From: a virus
IMG/VR virus record: IMGVR_UViG_3300008108_000034
Coordinates: 15,320 to 79,319 of that record
Direction: 5' to 3' (one strand)
Length of the DNA: 64,000 nucleotides
Shown: positions 46,380 through 55,700 of the stretch, one piece after another
Layout: each line of letters begins with the position of its first letter
Position numbering within the stretch: position 1 is the stretch's first letter
Notes under the pieces: generated by a model
The model's input: only the letters and a program-made list of their open reading frames with translations
Told to the model about the DNA's origin: nothing
The model's database searches: none
Translations under genes and position numbers: made by a program

Positions 46380-49300
46380 TCAAATTAACTCCACGTCCCA
46401 ACCTGCTTTGATAAGTTCACGTACAGTGTCGATATCAAGATCGTACTCACCACCAGATTCAAACATGGTACCTCCGATTCTTGCGTTTATAGGTTGCAAA
46501 GGACTATTGGGATTCATCCAACTCTTAGGCATTGTACCTTCTTGTAAGGATGTACTTTGCATACTCAATCCTGGTTTCTGCACCTGAGCAAACATGTTGG
46601 GTTGATTCAAGTTACCCTGTGTCGGATTGAGAAGAGCCTTACCCATCATTTGACTCGTATTCTGTTGAGGCTGAGCTATGTTCAATGTGTTGAATGCAGA
46701 AAGCTTTTCATCTTTTCTCTGTTGTTTTCCAGCATTTATGTCTTGTAAAAAATTACCCATTGCACTTAGTGAATACATAGCCTGTTGTGCACCTACATGA
46801 TTGTAACCTAATGAATCAGGACACGAACCATCACCATCACAAGAAGGACATGTACCATCACTACAGGGTTTCATGTTCTTTGTTACATTTCCATCTTTGT
46901 CTTTACACTCGCAAGCTGCATCAGGGTTACTTGGATTAGAAGCATCATTACCTCCAACACCACCGTCAGTTTGAAAACTAGGAAGACTAGGCATTCCACC
47001 ATTAGCCATGATCATTGATGGAATTCTTCCAACATTCGTAGCAAACTTTCCAATTTCTTTTGCACCCCCTGTGATACCTTGTACGGTTTGCTGTCCAACA
47101 TTGAAAGCATGATAAGGCATTGTCAAAGCGTTCAAAAGCGGATTCTTTTTAATGTGTCCTGCTACACCTGCGGCAACCTGTTGATTTTTTGCAAGATTTG
47201 CATACTTGGCATAATCAAAGTTGGTATAAGGTGATGTGGTTTGTTTGTTATCGCTACCAGATGTTCCTGCACCAGATGTTCCAGATTGTGTTCCTGTAGT
47301 AGTTGTAGTAGTAGTAGGTGTTCCAGATTGCGTTGAGGTAGTGGGTCCTGTACCAGTTGTTCCAGTGTTTGTAGCTGTAGATTGAGTTGATGTAGTTCCA
47401 GTGTTTGCAGTTGTAGATTGATTTGTTAAATCTATTACTGTAAGATTAGGCGGAGGAGTTACACCATAATACTTACCAGTATTTTGATATTTATCCCAAG
47501 ATTGTCCATATTCTTTCCAAAGAGTAGCTGCATCATTTTGACCTGGTCTTGTATATAGGTAACCAGGATAATTACCTGTTTGATCTGCATAATTATTTTT
47601 TGTCCATGTTGTAAATGCAGTTTCTTCAGGACTACCTGATGCAAATGGATAATCAATAATCTTATCTGATACTCCAGGCTGTGAGTTCTTGTCTTGAAAC
47701 TTCATCAAGCCTCCGTTCTTCATCAAGTAATCCTTGAACTCCATGCCACTCAATGAACCCCCTCTTTTCTTCTTGGGGTTGATATTCAGACCACCTCTCT
47801 TCATCACATTGTAAATCATTGAAGGATCAAACTGACCTCCGAACTGATCACCGCCTTCCTTGAACATGAAGTTAGGTCTGGTCTCTCCCTTACGATCATA
47901 AGGTAGGTACGTCTGAGCTTGTGGGAACGCCTCTCCTCCTGATGCATACTGGGTACCGCTGTAACCCGCCCATGTCAATGGATATGTGTTTGCCTGAGGA
48001 AAAGCTTCACCACCATCGCGTTGTTGTTGAGCTGCTTTGATTTCAACTGGATCAATGTTCATAGGAACATAATCCACAAGCTGGTCACCATAATATTTTA
48101 CTCCCTGTACGTACTTGTTTACACCTTCTCCAAGTATTGATCCTTTTTTCTCACGACTTGATTTGTCACTTCTAGCCAACCAACCTTGTTGGTTTATCAA
48201 ATATGGTAGAAAGTCAAGATAATTCTCTCGTGTAAGATTCTCCTTGTTACCTGATTTCGCACGGTTTCTCAACTGACTAACGTTCTCCGCAAGAAACCTC
48301 ATTGCAATATCAGATGATTTTACAGGATCGTATATGGAATCAAGCACATCTCGTTCATCTGATGGATATAGTTTCCTTGTTTTATCAGATAGACTTCCAT
48401 AGTTCGTCTGAAAAGGTCCGAGACTTTTATTCCAAACCCAGGACTTAGGCATGATATACGAAAACAATTTGTTTTCAGGAAGCTTTAGTCCTGACTGATA
48501 ATCAGTGCCTCCTTGCGATTCCATCATATACTGACCCATCATTGTCTTGATCATGGCATTATACTCATCATTGCTGATGTTATAATCCTTCATTATCATC
48601 TTCTTGTACTCAGGGTCATTTACCTGGTTTAATATTTCAGGTATTCTACTCTCAGATAAATTTATATTCTCATCACCTTCTGCATTTACAACATATGGAC
48701 CTTGATCAGATGTTGAATATTTGGATATGAATGCACCTGGTGTGTAATCAGTGTCAAATCTAGTTGGGACAGGAATATCAAAATACTTAGGATTAGACTC
48801 TAGTATTTTGTCTTTAGTGGATTGTCTTTTAGAAATTAATTCATTAAGTTCTGGATTAGACCACACATCTTGACCTTTATAATACATCAACGCAGGTCTT
48901 GACTGACCCTTTAATCTTCCAGATACTTGTGCAATATCATCAGTGTCTGGTCTATATAGGTTCCCTTCTTTGTCTATATCATATTCTTTAAGAATCTGCG
49001 GTCCTGATCCTGGATTTTGAACAGTATATACTCTTTTCCTACCATTTTCCAATTCTTTTACATCATACACATAATAATTATGAGCTGATTGATAAGATGG
49101 AACAGATCTGTATTTTAACTCTTTTGTGACAGGATCGGTATATTCACTTCTTAAGACTTGATTCTGTATTAAGGATCCTGGAGATAATTTGGAATAAATA
49201 TCTTCAGAGGTTATACCAAAAGCAGGATTGGAAAGAACCATGTCCCTAAAGTTATCACCGCCAGTTGTTGGACGTATCCCTGACTCAGGATATGTCTCAT

Positions 49301-50177
49301 ACATGGCAACACTACCAGCTGTTGTACAATAAGGACCTTTACAAGATTGATCTAAGTTATATCTGCGATTTCCAAGAAAATCCCCGACACTAGTAGACAT
49401 CAAATAATCTTTTACTTGAACAGGAGTCTTGCCAGTATTTTGTGTTGTATTACCTTTTGCTAATATAGCATTGATGGCTTCATTTAAACTTTCATATTCC
49501 TTAACCAATTCAGGAGGAGCTTCTTCAGGACCAATTTGACTTGCTTGTAAACCTTGATACTTCTTAAGTCCACCGTTTTTGTAAAACCAGTTCAGGTTTT
49601 GCGCCTGTGGGAACTGTTCCTGACAGTCTATACATCCTCCATCCTTGGCGACCTGCATGCTTGTATCGGTCATTCCCATGGAAGGAGTCATCATGCTTTG
49701 CAATTCCTGTTGACGCAGCTTTGCCTTGATTGAGGTATATGCCTGCATCTGCTCCTTGTTATCCAAGGCGGAGAACTGTTCCACGACCTTGTCATAATCC
49801 AGGTTGTTCAATTTCGCCCATGTCGCAAGAGTGGTCTGCACATCAGATGCGGACTCCGAACCTGAAACACCGGAGTTCATCGCGGTATCATTCATACCGT
49901 AACCACCATACCGTGCGTGCTTATATTGTTGATATTTGTCTCCCTTGACATATGTCATCAATCCAGGAAACAGGTTTTGTCCTTCCTGGTTAGTAACAAT
50001 CTGGTTCTTGAATTCCGTACCCATTGCCGGATTAGGTGGAGTCATAGGCATTTCCAACACTCCGTTTCCAAGTGTCGAATAATCCATTCCCGGAAACATG
50101 TAGAACGCCCCATTGGGGGTAAGTCCTATCATCTTGTCCTTCTGGTTCTTGGTTGTCAGTTTTGTTGTTGCTGCCAT
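46380..50177 (-). CDS. modular putative virion cargo protein with NlpC/CHAP-like and SLT/lysozyme-like domains
   Basis: 1265 aa with more than 10 xxGG motifs. C(TTAG)...PGS...H(NYYV) papain-like pattern; MESQGG...SLGPFQ...YDP..S..IA..FL lytic-transglycosylase-like pattern. Confidence 0.65.
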   Translation of the reverse strand: MAATTKLTTKNQKDKMIGLTPNGAFYMFPGMDYSTLGNGVLEMPMTPPNPAMGTEFKNQIVTNQEGQNLFPGLMTYVKGDKYQQYKHARYGGYGMNDTAMNSGVSGSESASDVQTTLATWAKLNNLDYDKVVEQFSALDNKEQMQAYTSIKAKLRQQELQSMMTPSMGMTDTSMQVAKDGGCIDCQEQFPQAQNLNWFYKNGGLKKYQGLQASQIGPEEAPPELVKEYESLNEAINAILAKGNTTQNTGKTPVQVKDYLMSTSVGDFLGNRRYNLDQSCKGPYCTTAGSVAMYETYPESGIRPTTGGDNFRDMVLSNPAFGITSEDIYSKLSPGSLIQNQVLRSEYTDPVTKELKYRSVPSYQSAHNYYVYDVKELENGRKRVYTVQNPGSGPQILKEYDIDKEGNLYRPDTDDIAQVSGRLKGQSRPALMYYKGQDVWSNPELNELISKRQSTKDKILESNPKYFDIPVPTRFDTDYTPGAFISKYSTSDQGPYVVNAEGDENINLSESRIPEILNQVNDPEYKKMIMKDYNISNDEYNAMIKTMMGQYMMESQGGTDYQSGLKLPENKLFSYIMPKSWVWNKSLGPFQTNYGSLSDKTRKLYPSDERDVLDSIYDPVKSSDIAMRFLAENVSQLRNRAKSGNKENLTRENYLDFLPYLINQQGWLARSDKSSREKKGSILGEGVNKYVQGVKYYGDQLVDYVPMNIDPVEIKAAQQQRDGGEAFPQANTYPLTWAGYSGTQYASGGEAFPQAQTYLPYDRKGETRPNFMFKEGGDQFGGQFDPSMIYNVMKRGGLNINPKKKRGGSLSGMEFKDYLMKNGGLMKFQDKNSQPGVSDKIIDYPFASGSPEETAFTTWTKNNYADQTGNYPGYLYTRPGQNDAATLWKEYGQSWDKYQNTGKYYGVTPPPNLTVIDLTNQSTTANTGTTSTQSTATNTGTTGTGPTTSTQSGTPTTTTTTTGTQSGTSGAGTSGSDNKQTTSPYTNFDYAKYANLAKNQQVAAGVAGHIKKNPLLNALTMPYHAFNVGQQTVQGITGGAKEIGKFATNVGRIPSMIMANGGMPSLPSFQTDGGVGGNDASNPSNPDAACECKDKDGNVTKNMKPCSDGTCPSCDGDGSCPDSLGYNHVGAQQAMYSLSAMGNFLQDINAGKQQRKDEKLSAFNTLNIAQPQQNTSQMMGKALLNPTQGNLNQPNMFAQVQKPGLSMQSTSLQEGTMPKSWMNPNSPLQPINARIGGTMFESGGEYDLDIDTVRELIKAGWDVELI

Positions 50178-50178
50178 G

Positions 50179-52746
50179 TCATTGTCTTTTATGTAATCTC
50201 ACTTTTAATTTTCCGTTCTTGAATTGCGCTCCACCGTTTTGCTTGAAGGTGTTTATGTTTTTCATTGTAGCCACTCGTTGTGAATACAAGTCATCCAATG
50301 ACGAATTGAAGGGTCTCCACAGTGGATCATTCATTATTGAATTTACCAAAAGAAGTCTATTTTGAGGTGAAGTAGGATCGATTGTTGCAGATCTACTATT
50401 CCTCATTTGATCCATCATCAAATCATAAATGACATTTGCATCCTTTGGAGGAGTCGCTGTTTTTTGATTAGCCATCATGCGTAAATCCGCTTCCTTATTT
50501 GCCAGGTCATACCGCATTTGCCTGTTCAGTCTTCCAAACTGATCTTTGAATCTATCCAATAGTATATCACGTATTCTACGTTTTGCTTCAAGTTCAGGAG
50601 TAGTGTTTGATAATTCTTTGAATATTTTTGACTTCGCCCATTCTGCGGATTTGGATACTTCAGGAGAAAGATCAATCAATCCAAATCTTTTTGTTCCAAG
50701 GTTGTACATAAGATTGTCACCTTGAAAATCAATACCTATGTCATTCCTTCTTAAGAAATCAACTTGATCACGAAGCTCAGAATAAGCTTCAAGTGGAATA
50801 TCGCTCATCTGTTGTCCTGTGAGTTTTCGCGCTGAAACTCCAGGAATACGACTCATGACTTCATAATCCAAAGCAGTGGTTGGTTCAAATTCAGGATGAG
50901 AGTGACCCAACACATCTTTTGCGGATTTATAATACCTAGGGTATATCTGGTTTGGATATTGAGGTATATCTTCAAAACGAGCAGTTGTAGCAAATGTTCC
51001 TCGCGCCTTTTCCGAAGGTGATACCTTAAGTACCAACTCTGGAAACTTTCTTAAACTATAAGCTTGTCCGTAACCGCCTCCTCCTATTCTGTCTGGATTA
51101 TACTTTTGGAAATTAGTCAAGTTTATATTACTCACCACACGATTCCTCAACGCCTCTTCACTCATCAGTTTTCTTGCAATATCGGACTGTAGAACCCGTG
51201 GCATGACTTGATTAGAAAAACCAGAAACAATCGATGGAACAAATGGAAGAGCTGAAAGTCCAGCGGTAAGTCCTGCGGTACCATAGTCACCCTGAGCAAG
51301 TTGTGTACCTGCTAATCCAAGTCCATATGCTGATCCCCATGCGGGTGGAAGCATCGCCATTCCTATGCTACCAGGTGCGTACATCAAAGGATTCTGATAA
51401 GCTTCAGTTGTACTGGTTTCCACGAGTTTCTTCCTGAACTCAGGATTTTGCATGTTCCTATTGAATGATTCCTGCGCACCAGAAGGACCTGTTTGATTCG
51501 CCATCCTTCTGACATCCTGAGGTACAGACACAGGTGAATCAAGCTTTACAAGTTCTCCAGTCTGAGGATTGAACCCATGTGTACCAGCATATACGAACTT
51601 CCTGATGATGTCATTGTATTGAGGATTGTCACTGTATACCGCGCGATTGTCAAAGTATTCAGGTGCATTTGCATATGTAAGAACACCTGATAATCCTGTT
51701 TGTGCCTTAGGAAGCGAACCACCCATCAGCTTCTTATTTTTTTTCTGCCAATCTTCTAACGCTGCTTTAGTTTCTGGTCCATATATTGCATCAAACGTTG
51801 TAAAATCCGATCCCCACACACTAGGTTTTGTTGACTTGGGAAGTTTATATCCTTGTTCAGCTAAAGCATTTTGAATAGTTCGCACCAATATTCTTTGAAC
51901 TTCTGAATTTTGAAGTTCTGGAGAATATGTAAGTCCTAGCAAATAGTTAGCGTCATTTAAAACATCACTACTTGACATACTATCCCTGACAGATTTTGCA
52001 TAGTTTTCATAGTCTTCATATGTCCTACCAGTAGTTTCTAGTGTAGGATATTTTTTCTCTATTTGTCTTACTGCGCCATTAGGGGTTCGTATAATTTTGT
52101 CCCTTGGAATACCAAATGCATCGCAAACATTATCCGCACAATTATTGGTAAGCAGATTAAAGTCTACAGGACGGGTATCAGTTTCTCCAATACGCCAATC
52201 AAATATTCCAAGCGGTAGATTGGATACTTTATTAAAAAACACACCAGGATCATACCCATAAACATTATATGTCTTATCTCCTGCTTTTACATCAACTGAA
52301 CCACTACTTAAAACGTCATTTCCTGCAGAAGACCAATCTATAGAAAGACCACTAGGAGACGTTGTAGCCATCACATGACCTGGAGGATATCTTTTAAAAG
52401 GAGGATACAAACTGATTTGAGCAGGATGATTAATATCCATAGGATGTATCTTTTGCCCATTTACACCATATGCACCTACTTCCTGTCTAGGTGTTCCCGC
52501 ATACTCAAGGTTCTTCCTACCTGGATTAGGACCTTTGTTCCACATGATTTCCTTTAATCCTTGTTTCTTCGCAGCGGCATACGCTTCATCCCATGTATCA
52601 TACTTATCTGTAAAATCTGGGACTCCCCAATTATAAGGATTAGCATATGAAGCTTTTAAACTACTTATGATACTACCAACAGGACCCACAGTTTGGTGTT
52701 TGACAAGACTGCGCGTTGTTTTGCTACGTAGTTTTCTCTTGCTCAT
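50179..52746 (-). CDS. modular protein: permuted papain-like peptidase + peptidoglycan-binding domain + Ser/Thr-kinase-like domain
   Basis: GHV...FNLLTNNCAD; IQNAL...GY...DAIYGPETKAAL..WQ; IGGGGYGQAY...VLKV...DFQGDNLM...LIDL. Confidence 0.75.
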   Translation of the reverse strand: MSKRKLRSKTTRSLVKHQTVGPVGSIISSLKASYANPYNWGVPDFTDKYDTWDEAYAAAKKQGLKEIMWNKGPNPGRKNLEYAGTPRQEVGAYGVNGQKIHPMDINHPAQISLYPPFKRYPPGHVMATTSPSGLSIDWSSAGNDVLSSGSVDVKAGDKTYNVYGYDPGVFFNKVSNLPLGIFDWRIGETDTRPVDFNLLTNNCADNVCDAFGIPRDKIIRTPNGAVRQIEKKYPTLETTGRTYEDYENYAKSVRDSMSSSDVLNDANYLLGLTYSPELQNSEVQRILVRTIQNALAEQGYKLPKSTKPSVWGSDFTTFDAIYGPETKAALEDWQKKNKKLMGGSLPKAQTGLSGVLTYANAPEYFDNRAVYSDNPQYNDIIRKFVYAGTHGFNPQTGELVKLDSPVSVPQDVRRMANQTGPSGAQESFNRNMQNPEFRKKLVETSTTEAYQNPLMYAPGSIGMAMLPPAWGSAYGLGLAGTQLAQGDYGTAGLTAGLSALPFVPSIVSGFSNQVMPRVLQSDIARKLMSEEALRNRVVSNINLTNFQKYNPDRIGGGGYGQAYSLRKFPELVLKVSPSEKARGTFATTARFEDIPQYPNQIYPRYYKSAKDVLGHSHPEFEPTTALDYEVMSRIPGVSARKLTGQQMSDIPLEAYSELRDQVDFLRRNDIGIDFQGDNLMYNLGTKRFGLIDLSPEVSKSAEWAKSKIFKELSNTTPELEAKRRIRDILLDRFKDQFGRLNRQMRYDLANKEADLRMMANQKTATPPKDANVIYDLMMDQMRNSRSATIDPTSPQNRLLLVNSIMNDPLWRPFNSSLDDLYSQRVATMKNINTFKQNGGAQFKNGKLKVRLHKRQ

Positions 52747-55700
52747 CGTGGACTTGTCGTTTCTTTTACGGCAGATACCTTCAGGTTGTATTTCAGGTTA
52801 TCAGATACAGTTTTGCCTAAAATTAACCTATTTCCGTAATGTCTGAATTTTTTTCTTTGAAGCGGTGACTTGTTGTAGTCTATGTATGTGGGATTCAATA
52901 TCTTACGATATCCATTCTGTTCGGTGTTGAACATGCGGTACTCGATTCCTGAGAACTCACCCCTGTCCTTGGTTGCATCCCAGAACTGGTTGAAGCGGTA
53001 CTTGTTCTCCTCCTTGGCAAACATGATCTCAATCCCCAGTGGCGTCACCTTTGGATAGTTAAGCATCTCCACAGGACTGAAAGGTTTCAGATTGAGTTTC
53101 AAAAGACCTGAGTTCTGTTCCGTATTGTATATCATGGCATAGTCGAAGTTCGCATTCAATACGTGGTACGGATCGATGCAATCCTGTGAGTAGTTGAGAA
53201 CCTCTAGATAGTATTCCACGCTTTTGATGGTCGTTATACCGATACCTGTATTGACTGGCACCTCCACCTCAAAAGGATGGTTCACACCATAATAGTTACA
53301 GAAGCTGTTACATACATTGTTGTGTTTCCAGAATCCTTTGTCCTGTACGGAATAGAAGTGATCATTGGTACCCAAGACATGATTAGGATGCCAGTCGTGG
53401 AAGCTGATCCACATCTTTGTCTTGGGATCATAACTGACAGTCCATGAACAATCCTCAAAATACTCAGGATCACCAAGTTCTATCCTAAGTTCTCCAGCTT
53501 GCTTGTTTACATAGAAGTAATCAAGATCCTTGTTGTACTTAACCGTGCTTGATTTCACCTTGAAGTCACGCTTTGTAAAATATACAATCTCGTATTGGGT
53601 GTCATAAACGGCAAGACAACCTATTCCAAGAACTGTGTTTTCAGTGTGTGGGAATTCAGGAAACTGGGTGGTGAGTACATTTGGAAGATGTTCAGCAAAC
53701 CAATATCGCATGCCATTCATTGCAATGTCGACAATGGTGCCGCCAGAGTATTGTAAAACCTTTCCGCTGTTGCGACTCAACCAGAATGTTCCATAGGGGG
53801 TGTTCACCACCGACCTTGTATCTTGACAAGATGCATATTCATATTCGTCATCCGCATTTACCAATGACTGGAAAGGTTGATTAAACAAACCACCATCACC
53901 TATCGTGATCTTGGTGCCAGCGGATGTCTGAAGTTGGTCCACACCTGTGAAACTTGTAGGTTCCCCATCCTCGAACAGGATCAAACCACCAGTTCTGTTT
54001 ATAGGCTTAAACGCAGAAACAGTGTGTTCAAACTCCTTATAGTTGTTTGGAAGGTATATTCTCCATGAATCCCTTGATTGTTCAGATATCTGAGGAAGAC
54101 TATAATAAACCTTGTTCTGGTAATAGGTGTAGCATGTTTCAGCCACATTCGGATCATATGTCCTTGGAAGGATGAATCCAAATGATTTGTAGTTGCTTAA
54201 AAGTCTTGACACTGAAAGCGAATAGTCATACCTGTAATAGTTTCCGCTCTTGATGATATCGCTGCGGAACATCGCACTGGTGTCAGTGTAATCCGTATAA
54301 TCATAATGTCTTTGACTGTTCAAATCACCATAATCACGGAATGCAAGATTCACTTCAGACTCCACAAAGAAGTCACGGATTCCATTATAGAATAAGTAGA
54401 ACCATGCGCTTGTGATTTGGAAACTGTTTGTAGAACCCACTTTCCTGTCAAGATGGTGATACGAACTGGCGGCATTTATCCAGTCAGTGAATGATCCTCC
54501 AGTCAACGCATTCCAACTAAGTGGAGTCTTGATGTCTGAAGCATCTATCTCATCAAAGTTCGCCCAGTATCTTGGATACAGGATGTTGGCATATTGCTTG
54601 TAATCAAACTGTGTTCCATCTGGAGAATCAAACAACCAGTTGTTGTAGAAGAAGAAAGGATTCTTTTCAGTGTATCTGTTGATGTATATGTCGCCACCAA
54701 ACATGGTACCTGAGTTATAAGTCTTGTCCTTTATCTTGGGACTAGTGACCAGGTAACATGTGTTTACCGGCACTTGAACAATGCTTTCAAGCTGACCGTA
54801 TTGGTTCTCCAGATCTATCTTCAATCCTGCATAGTAAGCTGAAGTGGTTGAGGTTATGTTTTTGTTCACAGGATCATTGAAGCTAATTGTCGAACTCTCA
54901 TCCCGCACCCTTTTTCTTGTCTTATCCTCTATGCTTGAATCGCCAAGTGACACTTCAGGAAATGTTCCGAATATCTTCAAGGCAACATAATCATTCCTGT
55001 AATAGTTGTTTATGATAAAGTTGCTGTCAAAACTCTGAACCTGTCCGCGTATGTAGACACTCTTATCATGTTTCCTTCGTATGAAACCTAGATTGCTTGA
55101 TGGACAGACCGTCTTGTACTTGGAATAAAAACCGTGTGAGTTGAACTGCAGAGCGTATTGCTTGTAGGGAATCAAAGCGTATATGATCCTCAAAGCTTCA
55201 GCTGTTCCCTTACCTGCATAGTAATCTATGGTAGCAAACAAAAGAGCATACATTGCAACATCTGCAATAACCTGACCGACTTTTGTCTGATATCCAGGTA
55301 TGAGTGTTCTGAAATCCAAACCACTAAGCTCACCTCCCGCATTTGTTATCTGTGGAAATTGAAATCCTAAAGTACTACCTCCAAAAATTCCACTTGACAA
55401 ACCAAACAATGCTCCTCCAGACACACCATTGGTTATTCCCAAAGGCATGTTTCCAAGACCTGCAAGCAATCCTGCTGCAGCATTTGGATTGATTGGAGGA
55501 AGACCAGGTCCAAACACGGTTGCGGCTGCAGTTGCAGATATCGCCTGTGTGACATCATCAGCCGCCTTAGTGATTGTACCGCGTCCACCCAATGCGTTTC
55601 TCACGGCAATCGCAGTACCTACTGTCAATGCGATCAGATACGAAGCATTGGTGATGAGCTTGTGTTTTGGATGACCATATGGATATTCAAACTTTCCAGT

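Noticed and set aside
47270-47430. Thr/Gly-rich repetitive DNA as a separate repeat element
   Set aside because: It is a degenerate low-complexity coding linker inside the 1265-aa ORF.
42090-52746. GG motifs as ubiquitin-like C-termini or bacteriocin double-glycine leaders
   Set aside because: No ORF ends in GG, and no beta-grasp domain, E1/E2 or C39-ABC transporter is recognisable in the window. The motif is kept only as an internal linker signal.
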